Source of the DNA: Thermodesulfobacteriota bacterium
Lineage (GTDB): Bacteria; Desulfobacterota; Binatia; UBA9968; JAJDTQ01
Length of the DNA stretch: 64,000 nt
Reading direction: 5' to 3'
NCBI GenBank assembly: GCA_965116635.1
Contig: OZ220710.1
Location: forward strand, 2,010,549-2,074,548
Of this stretch, positions 17,574-25,980 are shown in pieces. The position numbers and the translations under genes are program-made. Every line of letters begins with the position of its first letter. Within the stretch, counting starts at the first letter, position 1. The notes under the pieces are model-generated. The model saw only the letters and a list, made by a program, of their open reading frames with translations. It did not search any database and was not told the origin of the DNA.

Positions 17574-18227
17574 ATGCTTACATTCACTGAAGAAATCATG
17601 CTGCTGATGCTGGACGACGACGGTCTGTTCCTGCCGATCCGCGGTGGGGCCGTGGAGCACGTCCTGGTGGGGGCCGTGTTGATGGATCTGGCCTTCGCCA
17701 ACCGCATCGACACCGACCCCGAGAAGCTTCTGGTGATCGACTCGACGCCCACCGGCGACTCGCTGCTGGACGTTCCCCTGGAGCGCCTCGCCACCAGCGG
17801 GGAGACCATGAACACCAAGGGGTGGGTGGAGGTGCTGGCCCGGGAGCAGGCCGCCGAGATTCGCCAGCAGGCCATGAACGGTCTGATCGGCGCCGGAATT
17901 CTCGAGGCCAAGGACGAGAAGTTCCTCTGGGTCTTCCGTTCCCGGCGCTACCCCACCATCGATGGACGCGCGGAACGCGAGGTCAAGCTGCGCATGGAAG
18001 ATGTGCTGCTCTCCGACGATATGCCGGATCCGCGGGACGTCGCGCTGATCTGTCTCGTCGACGCCTGCGACATACTCAACGACATATTCTCGGAGCGGGA
18101 GATGGAACGGGTCCGCCCGCGCATCGAGCAGCTCCGCATGATGGATCTCATCGGCCGGGAAGTGGGCAGCGTCATCGCCGACATCGAAGAGTCCATCACC
18201 ATGGCCATGGCCCAGGTGGCCCACTAG
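17574..18227 (+). CDS. GPP34/GOLPH3-like family protein
   Basis: About 217 aa. Layout is MLTFTEEIMLLMLDDDGL....G..L..LA. Its ATG at 17574 lies 14 nt after the STAS stop. Confidence 0.55.
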   Translation: MLTFTEEIMLLMLDDDGLFLPIRGGAVEHVLVGAVLMDLAFANRIDTDPEKLLVIDSTPTGDSLLDVPLERLATSGETMNTKGWVEVLAREQAAEIRQQAMNGLIGAGILEAKDEKFLWVFRSRRYPTIDGRAEREVKLRMEDVLLSDDMPDPRDVALICLVDACDILNDIFSEREMERVRPRIEQLRMMDLIGREVGSVIADIEESITMAMAQVAH

Positions 18228-18499
18228 CAACCCGCCCACCCGTCTCCGCGGGCCGGCACCCGGAAGCGTCGGCCCCCAGTATCGTTCTCCCGAACTCGAC
18301 ATCGAGCAAGGGCGGCGTGGCAACCACGCCGCCCGCGAACCCCACCACCACCGCGTCCATGGCGACGGGGCGCCCGCACCTCTTGTCGTCCCCGGGGACA
18401 GCCGTCCAGGGCTGAGCCTCGACCTCCCGCGGCAAGACTTCGTCTCTTCCCGGAATTATCGTTAAAGTTTGGCTCCGGCCTGCCGATTGGACTAGATGT

Positions 18500-19834
18500 A
18501 TGCGGCGATCGCGAACCGACATCATCCTGCTCGTCTCGCTTTGCGTCTTTCTCGTCGCCACTCTCACCTGGGCGTCCATCGCGGAGGTGGAGTTGGCCGC
18601 GGTGGCGCCGGGACGCATCGTTCCAACGGGACAAGTGAAGGTCATCCGATCCTTCGAGCAGGGCAAGGTCCGGCGCATCGCCGTCGAGGAAGGGAGCCTG
18701 GTCGAGCGCGGCAGTGTCCTGATCGAGCTCGATACCACCCTGGTGGACGCCGAGCTCTCCAAGCTCACGGCGGAGCTCCAGATCAAGTCCGTGGAAGCCG
18801 CGCGCCTGGAGGCGACCCTGGCCTGGCGCAACTCCCGGGTCTTCCGCCCGCCCGCCGGAGCCCCGCCGGAGATCGTCTCGGTCAACGAGCAACTGCTGGC
18901 GGATCAGATCGCGGCGCACCGGGCGCAACTCCACGAACTGGACGGGGTGATGGCGGAACGGCGGGCGCAGCTCCAAACCATCGAGGCGGTGCTGGCCAAG
19001 CACGGCAAGTTGTTGCCCATCCTGCGCGAGAGGACCGCCATGCGCGAGACGCTCTACCGCACGAACCACGGTTCCAGGCTCGCTCTCTTCGAGGAACAGG
19101 AACGGCTGGTGGAGCTCGAGGGCAACATCACGCTCCGGCGACGGGAGTCGGCCGAGGTCAAGGCCTCTCTGGCGGCGATCCGGGCAAGGAAGGAACGGGC
19201 CGTGTCCGAGTTCTACCGTGAACGCCGGGCGCTTCTGGCATCGGTTCGGGAAAGGATGATCGTGCTGCGGCAGGACATCCGCCAGACCGGCGAGCACCGC
19301 GCCCGGCACACACTGCTCTCCCCGGTGGACGGCGTGGTCCAGGACCTCGCCGTGCACACGGAAAACGGCATGGTGGAACCTGGCGCGCGGCTTATGGTGA
19401 TCGTCCCCCGGAACGCCGGCATCCGGGTGGAGGCCTACGTGGCCAACACCGACATCGGCTTTGTGAAGCCGGGCCAGCGGGTCACCCTCAAGGTCACGAC
19501 CTTCGACTTCCGCCGCTACGGCGCCATCGAGGGAACCGTGAGCCACATCGGCAAGGATGCGGTAACCACCGGAACCCAGGCCGGCGCTCCGGCGCCGACG
19601 AGCATCGACGGCGCGCCGGCGACCGCGCAGTCAACGCGGGCCGGACCCGCCGGACCCGTGTTCAAGGCGCTCATCAAGCTCGATCAAACCCACATGGAGA
19701 TCGAGGGACGGAAGATCGAGCTGTTGCCCGGAATGTCCTCGGAGGCGTCGTTCATCCTCGGAAGCCAACGGCTCATCGAATACCTCCTGCAACCCCTTCG
19801 CGGTTACCGGCAGGATGCGTTCCGGGAGAAGTGA
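18500..19834 (+). CDS. HlyD-family type I secretion periplasmic adaptor
   Basis: 444 aa with an N-terminal TM anchor, long coiled-coil and C-terminal beta-barrel/lipoyl-like region (VVQDLAVHTENGMVEPGARLMVIVP). No cognate ABC exporter or TolC is present in the window. Confidence 0.8.
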   Translation: MRRSRTDIILLVSLCVFLVATLTWASIAEVELAAVAPGRIVPTGQVKVIRSFEQGKVRRIAVEEGSLVERGSVLIELDTTLVDAELSKLTAELQIKSVEAARLEATLAWRNSRVFRPPAGAPPEIVSVNEQLLADQIAAHRAQLHELDGVMAERRAQLQTIEAVLAKHGKLLPILRERTAMRETLYRTNHGSRLALFEEQERLVELEGNITLRRRESAEVKASLAAIRARKERAVSEFYRERRALLASVRERMIVLRQDIRQTGEHRARHTLLSPVDGVVQDLAVHTENGMVEPGARLMVIVPRNAGIRVEAYVANTDIGFVKPGQRVTLKVTTFDFRRYGAIEGTVSHIGKDAVTTGTQAGAPAPTSIDGAPATAQSTRAGPAGPVFKALIKLDQTHMEIEGRKIELLPGMSSEASFILGSQRLIEYLLQPLRGYRQDAFREK

Positions 19835-19860
19835 CGCATCCTCACCAGGAGCCATGAATC

Positions 19861-20829
19861 ATGGGCAATGATCCGAAAGACTTTCCAAGGACGACCGATC
19901 CCGCGGCATGGGAGCCCGACGACCTGGAGCGGTCGGAAGCCTGGCGTCATGAGTTTACCGGGGGCGAGCTGGCGGAACTGCTGGCGTCAGCGAGGGATGG
20001 CCGCGACGGCGAACCGCGCCGGGCGCCCGACCTGCCCCTGCTGGCATCACAGATGGCCCGGACGGCCCGGGAGCTCAAAGCGGGTCTCGGCCTTCAGGTC
20101 CTGCGCGGGCTGCCCGCCGGACGGCTGAACCACCAGGAGGTTGCTCATGCCTTCGCCGCCTTGAACCAACGACTGGGCCAGCCGGTGGAGCAACCGGGAG
20201 GCGTCAAGCTGGCCCACGTCCGGGCCGAGCCCGGGGACAACGGGAAACTGGGCTTTCGCGCCACGGGAGCACTTCCCTTCCACGCCGACCCGGAGGACGT
20301 CATCGGATTCCTGTGCTTGCGGCCCGCCCTCAAGGGCGGAATCCGCAGATTCGCCAGCGCCGCCACCGTCTACAATATCCTGGTCACGGAACATCCCGAC
20401 CTGTTGCAAGTGCTGACCCGGCCGTATCACGTGGCGCTGACGCATCCGCATCCGGATCACGGGCATCGGTGGACCCGGCTGCCCTTCTTGAGCATTCGGG
20501 ACGGCGTGTTTCACGCCTGTGCCTATCCGGTCCACATCCGGCAAGCGCAGCGGCTGGCCGGGGTTCCCGAATTGACCGTGGCACAGACCCGCGCCCTCGA
20601 CGTCTTCAATACCGTGGCCGACCAGGTCGCGGTGTCCCTGGAACTCGAGCCGGGCGACATCGAGTACTTCAACAATCACGTGATCCTGCATACGCGCACC
20701 CGGTTCGCCGGCGGCGGGGCGGGCCGCCATCTCTTGAGGGTGTGGCTGTCCCTCGCCGGCTTCAGGCCGCTGCACCCGGAGCATCCCATACGTCTCGGTC
20801 GGAGAATCAACCGCGCCGGCGCCGGGTAG
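19861..20829 (+). CDS. TauD/TfdA-family Fe(II)/2-oxoglutarate dioxygenase
   Basis: 322 aa with HxD...H facial triad context (FHADPED ... ILHTRTRF) and clavaminate-synthase-like length. Confidence 0.7.
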   Translation: MGNDPKDFPRTTDPAAWEPDDLERSEAWRHEFTGGELAELLASARDGRDGEPRRAPDLPLLASQMARTARELKAGLGLQVLRGLPAGRLNHQEVAHAFAALNQRLGQPVEQPGGVKLAHVRAEPGDNGKLGFRATGALPFHADPEDVIGFLCLRPALKGGIRRFASAATVYNILVTEHPDLLQVLTRPYHVALTHPHPDHGHRWTRLPFLSIRDGVFHACAYPVHIRQAQRLAGVPELTVAQTRALDVFNTVADQVAVSLELEPGDIEYFNNHVILHTRTRFAGGGAGRHLLRVWLSLAGFRPLHPEHPIRLGRRINRAGAG

Positions 20830-20857
20830 ATGGCGCCCGGGCGGCTTCGGAACCCCG

Positions 20858-22441
20858 TCAGTCGCTCGCCAGCAAACGCCCCCGGCCCCATTCCTCGTGA
20901 CGGAAGATCAGCGACTTGATCACCACCGGCACCGCCTTGGCGTCCGGCAATTCCTCGCCGATATCGACGAAGTCGAAGTCCTTGAGGTCGATGCCGTCGA
21001 TGGAGATGACGCCGGTCCCGGGAAGGATCTCCTTGTCGATGATGTTGCCCACCAGCTTGGCGATATCGGCATCGAAGACGAGCACCAGTTTCTGTCCCTG
21101 GCGGAGATGCTCCTTCATCCCCTCCACAACACCCGTGGCCAGTGTCTTGATGAGAGGATACGAGGGGCCCAGTTCCCAGTGCAGCGCCAGCGCCGCCGCG
21201 CGGTCGCCGTCGGTCATGTCGAAACGCTGCAGCGCGCTTTCGATGGAACTGCGGACGTCCTCCGTGGTCAACGGCTCGGTCTGGCGGAAGTGTGGCGTAA
21301 TCACCTGGAGGTTCCGCAGCGGCAACACCGACTCATCGGACAGGTAAATCGTGTTGCCGCTCACCTGCACGGTGTACTGGGACGCGCCGATGACGGTGGC
21401 GCGGATACGCACCTCGGGCTCCTTGAACTCCCACGACTCGCGGGTGGCCAGTTCCACCGCCCCGGCGCGGATCTTCCGCCCCACGTGATTGCCCAGGTCG
21501 CCCTTGTCCGCGGTCTCGTAACCATAGATATACTCCGAGACCCCGCCGGAGAACTGGATGCAGTGAATGGGCTCCTCGTAAGAGAGCGCCGGCGTCAGCA
21601 TGATCTTCTGGGTCAGGGGCGACAGCGGCCCGCGCCCCAGCACCTCCAGGAGGCACCCGCTCAAGGTGCCGGCCATGCGTTCCTTGTCCGCCTCCCCCAG
21701 CGTCTGGCCCAGGGCCAACGACACGCCGCTGGCCTCACCAATGCGCGCCCCCGCATCCTCGAGCCGGTCGATCTTCTCGCTCTCGTCCAGCGCCACCAGC
21801 CGGGCGCCCACCTCCAGCGCGGCCGTGTCCACCACCTGTCCGCCGCGGGTGACGGCGATCTTGCTGGTGCCGCCGCCGACGTCCACGTTCATGCACGCGA
21901 TGTCGCCGTCGCGGGTGGACACCTCCACCGCGCCGGAGCCGTAGGCGGCCAGGATCGCCTCGAGATTGTGGCCGGCGGTGGCGCACACGAACTTGCCGGC
22001 CTCCTCGGCGAACAACGCGGCGATGGCCTCCGCGTTCTTCTTCTTGGCGGCCTCTCCGGTGACGATCAGCGCGCCGGTGTCGATGTCCTGCCGTGTGAGG
22101 CCGGCCAGGGCGTAGGCTTCGTGAATGAACTCGTTGAGCTTCTCCGTGTCGATGGTCAGTTTGTCGACGTAGGGGGTCAACAGGATCGGCGACTCGTAGA
22201 CGATCTCCCGCTTCACCACCACGAAACGGCTCGACAGGGATATGCCCTGCCGGCGGAGCACCAACCGGGAGAAGATCAGATGGGACGTGGACGAGCCGAT
22301 GTCGATGCCGACCGAAGTCAGCGAGATGCGCTCGGACCGCCACATGGGGTGGTCTTCATCGGGCAGAGGCACATCATCGTGGTCGTGGTCTTCATGCCCT
22401 TCGTGACAGACGAGGGGCAGTTCCGTAAAGTCGCGGTCCAT
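20858..22441 (-). CDS. EutA-like ASKHA-fold ATPase (ethanolamine ammonia-lyase reactivase family)
   Basis: LTSVGIDIGSSTSHLIFSRL plus DVGGGTSKIAV actin-like phosphate motifs match EutA. Start chosen at MDRDFTEL (22441). No eutBC in the window. Confidence 0.6.
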   Translation of the reverse strand: MDRDFTELPLVCHEGHEDHDHDDVPLPDEDHPMWRSERISLTSVGIDIGSSTSHLIFSRLVLRRQGISLSSRFVVVKREIVYESPILLTPYVDKLTIDTEKLNEFIHEAYALAGLTRQDIDTGALIVTGEAAKKKNAEAIAALFAEEAGKFVCATAGHNLEAILAAYGSGAVEVSTRDGDIACMNVDVGGGTSKIAVTRGGQVVDTAALEVGARLVALDESEKIDRLEDAGARIGEASGVSLALGQTLGEADKERMAGTLSGCLLEVLGRGPLSPLTQKIMLTPALSYEEPIHCIQFSGGVSEYIYGYETADKGDLGNHVGRKIRAGAVELATRESWEFKEPEVRIRATVIGASQYTVQVSGNTIYLSDESVLPLRNLQVITPHFRQTEPLTTEDVRSSIESALQRFDMTDGDRAAALALHWELGPSYPLIKTLATGVVEGMKEHLRQGQKLVLVFDADIAKLVGNIIDKEILPGTGVISIDGIDLKDFDFVDIGEELPDAKAVPVVIKSLIFRHEEWGRGRLLASD

Positions 22442-22574
22442 TCGACGGGGTCCTTTCGATGGGGTGGTTGCGGGGAAAATGCGGATGAAACCGGCATGAT
22501 AGCAGAACGCCCGGTGAGTTGCCAGATTGACCGAAGTACCGGCCACGCCGGGCTGCCGGTCCGCGGCGGGACGC

Positions 22575-22604
22575 TCTTGTGAATTCTGGGAAAAGTTCTA
22601 GAAT
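22575..22604 (+). promoter_or_regulatory. sigma-70-like promoter with embedded palindrome in the divergent intergenic region
   Basis: TCTTGT/TTGTGA ... TAGAAT with a 15-18 nt spacer. The AT-rich palindrome GAATTCTGGGAAAAGTTCTAGAAT lies between the divergent EutA-like and large-membrane-protein genes. Confidence 0.25.
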
Positions 22605-25600
22605 GGGTCCATACGATGCAGGCACGGAACATATGTTCCAAATTGGACGCCTCGGGGAGGATCCTCGATTGCACGAAGAAGACTACCGTCCGATAGGCGA
22701 TTTCCTGCAGCGGTTCGTAGACCGCCTCCGAAGGGTCCAGGGGCTGGAAGCGTTGTGCCTTGCCGGTACCGCGCTGGCCGTGCTGGCGGCCTTGGGCGTG
22801 GCGGTCGACGCTGTCAAGGCGCTGCTTCCCTACGCGCCGCTGGCGTTCAGCCTGCTTTCGATCGTTACCCTGGTGGCGGTCACGGGGCTCACGCTGCTGC
22901 GTTTCCTGCGCTCCCGCAGCCTGTCATGGGCCGCCCGCGCCGTCGAGAGGCAGCGACCGGAGCTCCGCAACAACCTCATCAACTCGCTACAACTGTACCC
23001 GCAACTCGCGCACCCGGGCCAGCAGGCCGGGACTTCCGCCCCCATGATCCTCGCGCTGATCCGCCAGACCCGCGAGCAGATCAGCGGCCTCGGAACCGAG
23101 TCGCTGGTGGATACCCGGCCGCTCCGGACCAAGGCCCGGCTGCTGGTGCTGGCGGCCGCGCCGGTGCTGGCCCTGGCGGTGTGGCTCCCGGACTTTCCCG
23201 GCCGGAGCCTGGCGCTGATTGCGCATCCGCTGGAACACCTGCCGCCGGCGGAAATTTTCATTCACGTCGTCACCGGGGACGTGCGGGTTATTCGCGGCAG
23301 CGCGATTTCGGTCGAGGCGGTCACCTCCGGAGCCCAGCCGAAAAGCGTGGAGATGGTGTTCAAGCCCGCGGGTTCCGGAGAACCGGTTGCGGCGCAGGCC
23401 GTCGCCATGGACCAGGCCCCGAGCGGACGGTACACGGCCGTGCTTCCCGAGGTCGCCCAGGACCTGGACTACCGGGTCGTCAGCGGACCGTTTAACTCTC
23501 CGTGGCACAGCATCACGGCGGTGGAGCGTCCGTCCGTCAGCGGACTGAAGGTGACGCTCTACCCGCCCCACTACACCGGCCTTCCCGACCGGACCTTCAC
23601 CGGCGGCAACATTCGCGGGGTCAAGGGTTCGACCCTGAATATCTCCGCCACGACCAACAAGACCATGGCCGAAGCCGTGGTGGCCCTCGACGATGGCCGG
23701 GAAATTCCACTGAAGATCACCGGAGACACCGCCCAGGGCAGCGTCGTGCTGTTCCGCTCGCAGGGCTACCGCATTCGCCTCGAGGATGCCTTCGGCTTCG
23801 GGAACCTGCCCATCCCCTACGAGATGGTCGCCGTGCCCGACAGCTTCCCGTTGGTGGAGTTGCTCAAGCCGGAGGAAGACCTGGAAGTGAACGGCGACGA
23901 GAGACTGGCCCTGGAGTACCGGGCCAGCGACGACTACGGGATCCAGGAAGTCACGCTGGTGGCGGCGGTCGGGGAACGGGAGGAGCGTATTTCGGTGTGG
24001 CGCGACGAGCTTGTCCGCACCCTCGAGGAAACGTTCATCTGGGACCTGGACAGCATTCGCCTCGAGGAGGGTGACGTGGTGGTCTACCACCTCGAGGTCC
24101 TCGACAACGACACCATCTCCGGTCCCAAGCTGGTCAAGTCGCGGCCCCTGAGCCTCCGCCTGAAGAACCTCAAGGCCGAGCACCGTCAGGTGGCCGAGAT
24201 GATCAAGGATATCTCCGACAAGATGGTGGATCTCCTCGGCGATCACCTCGAAGCTCCGCCGGGCGAACCAACGCCGGACCAGCCGGGCGAGCGGCTGGCG
24301 GAGGGCCTGGACCAGATGATGCAGCGCGTGGACGAGGCCATGCAGCGTACCCGCGTCGACCGTATGAGCGATTTCGCCACCTGGTCCGACCTCGAAACCC
24401 TGAAGCGCAACCTCGAACATGCGCGGAACGACCTCATGGAAGGGATGCGCCAGGCGGCTTCGCCGGCCGAGCGGGAACAGGCCCACGACGCCATGGCAAC
24501 GGAGCTTGAAAGGCTGTCGATGCTCAGCGAGGACGTCAGCCGGCGCCTCGCGGGCCAGGACATGGCCGCCACCGCCAGGGACATGGTCAAGGACCAGGAG
24601 CGCTTACTGGACTCGCTGGAGCAACTGAGGAGCGGCAACAAGGAGCTCGACGAAGTGTTGAAGGAGCTGTCGAAGCTGGCCCAGCAACTCCAGCAACTAC
24701 AGGCGTCCCTCATGCAGTTCGCGCAACAGATTCCCAACGAATTCATCAACCAGGCGAACATGCGCAACATGCCGTTCAACGACATGCAGTCCATGATGGA
24801 GCAGATCCGCCAGAAGCTCAGGGAGGGCGACATTGAGGGCGCCCTGCAAATGGCGCGGGAGCTGTTCAACCAGATGGCGCAACTGGCGGCTTCGCTCCGT
24901 AACGGACAACAGCAGGCCCAGGGCTCCATGATGTCCCGCATGCAGGGAGCCATGAACCGGTCCAACGACGAGTTGCAGCAGATCCTCCAGGAGCAGCAGG
25001 AAATCCTGATGGGAACCGAGAGCACCCACAAGGAATCCGCTCAGGAGTTCGATGCGTTGCGCGAGAAGGCGGTCGAGCGGCTCGCGACGGGCGCGCAGGC
25101 CGACCTGGCGGTGCTGGCCCATCTGCTCGCGCCTCCGGACCTCGAAAGCGACCGGCTGCGCACCCCGGCCCAACGCGAGCGCAACGCCGCCGTCCGCGGG
25201 CTGCTCTCGGGGCTGCGGGACATGTTCGAGAACCGGGACTTCGACGCGTTCGCCAAGCAGTTCGGACCGGTGAATGAAGAACTCGCGGCGCTGGGGCCTC
25301 TGGACGAGGCGCGGAAGGCGGCCCTGGCCATGCTGACGGCGCTGGCACGGGAATACGACGCCATCGCCAGCCTTCCCGACCCGGAGTTGACTCCGGCGCA
25401 GAAGCGCGCGGCCCGCGAGCTCGCCACCCGGGAGGACGTGCTGGAAAAGCGCACCACCGACCTCGTCGAGAGGCTGCGCTACCTGTTCCAGCTCTTTCCC
25501 TCGCTGGATCCCAAGATCGTCAACAGCATTGCCGAGGCCGGCGGGTTCATGGGCGAAGCGACCCGCGAGCTGGGCTCGCTTCAACTGAGACAAGCCATCC

Positions 25601-25956
25601 CGCCGGAACAGGAGGCCATCAACCGCCTCTCCCAGTCGAGCCAGCAGATGCAGCAGGCGATGCAGCGGATGGCGCAGCGGGGGCGGTTCGGACGCGTGCC
25701 GCTGGTCCACGTGTTCCGCCGGGGACGGTTCCTGCCTTCCGGACAGTTCCTGCCGCCGACCGGGACACCCGAGTTTCCGGAACACGACATCGATGAGAAC
25801 CTCACGGGCCTCGACACGGAGAAGTTCAAGCTCCCCGGCAAGGACGACTACAAGCCCGAGCACTTTCGCAAGGAGGTGCTCGAGTCCTTGAAGCAGGGAG
25901 TGCCGGACCGCTACAAGGACCAGATTGAGCGTTACTTCCGCGAGTTGTCGCAATAG
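22603..25956 (+). CDS. large membrane-anchored coiled-coil, Gln-rich protein of the Bat-like gene set (BatD-like?)
   Basis: About 1118 aa. It has N-terminal TM helices, a central beta-rich region and a C-terminal third that is strongly heptad/Q-rich (LQQLQASLMQFAQQ...). The ORF-track start 22579 is GTG; the first ATG is at 22603. Confidence 0.5.
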   Translation: MGPYDAGTEHMFQIGRLGEDPRLHEEDYRPIGDFLQRFVDRLRRVQGLEALCLAGTALAVLAALGVAVDAVKALLPYAPLAFSLLSIVTLVAVTGLTLLRFLRSRSLSWAARAVERQRPELRNNLINSLQLYPQLAHPGQQAGTSAPMILALIRQTREQISGLGTESLVDTRPLRTKARLLVLAAAPVLALAVWLPDFPGRSLALIAHPLEHLPPAEIFIHVVTGDVRVIRGSAISVEAVTSGAQPKSVEMVFKPAGSGEPVAAQAVAMDQAPSGRYTAVLPEVAQDLDYRVVSGPFNSPWHSITAVERPSVSGLKVTLYPPHYTGLPDRTFTGGNIRGVKGSTLNISATTNKTMAEAVVALDDGREIPLKITGDTAQGSVVLFRSQGYRIRLEDAFGFGNLPIPYEMVAVPDSFPLVELLKPEEDLEVNGDERLALEYRASDDYGIQEVTLVAAVGEREERISVWRDELVRTLEETFIWDLDSIRLEEGDVVVYHLEVLDNDTISGPKLVKSRPLSLRLKNLKAEHRQVAEMIKDISDKMVDLLGDHLEAPPGEPTPDQPGERLAEGLDQMMQRVDEAMQRTRVDRMSDFATWSDLETLKRNLEHARNDLMEGMRQAASPAEREQAHDAMATELERLSMLSEDVSRRLAGQDMAATARDMVKDQERLLDSLEQLRSGNKELDEVLKELSKLAQQLQQLQASLMQFAQQIPNEFINQANMRNMPFNDMQSMMEQIRQKLREGDIEGALQMARELFNQMAQLAASLRNGQQQAQGSMMSRMQGAMNRSNDELQQILQEQQEILMGTESTHKESAQEFDALREKAVERLATGAQADLAVLAHLLAPPDLESDRLRTPAQRERNAAVRGLLSGLRDMFENRDFDAFAKQFGPVNEELAALGPLDEARKAALAMLTALAREYDAIASLPDPELTPAQKRAARELATREDVLEKRTTDLVERLRYLFQLFPSLDPKIVNSIAEAGGFMGEATRELGSLQLRQAIPPEQEAINRLSQSSQQMQQAMQRMAQRGRFGRVPLVHVFRRGRFLPSGQFLPPTGTPEFPEHDIDENLTGLDTEKFKLPGKDDYKPEHFRKEVLESLKQGVPDRYKDQIERYFRELSQ

Positions 25957-25980
25957 TCCGAAGCCGGTGCCGCCGATTCC

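Noticed and set aside
17255-19546. Several 200-440 aa minus-strand ORFs antisense to the STAS, GPP34 and HlyD genes
   Set aside because: Composition-driven open frames. The plus-strand products have clear family signatures.
20897-22582. 561 aa plus-strand ORF antisense to the EutA-like gene
   Set aside because: No domain signature. The EutA actin-fold motifs define the true strand.
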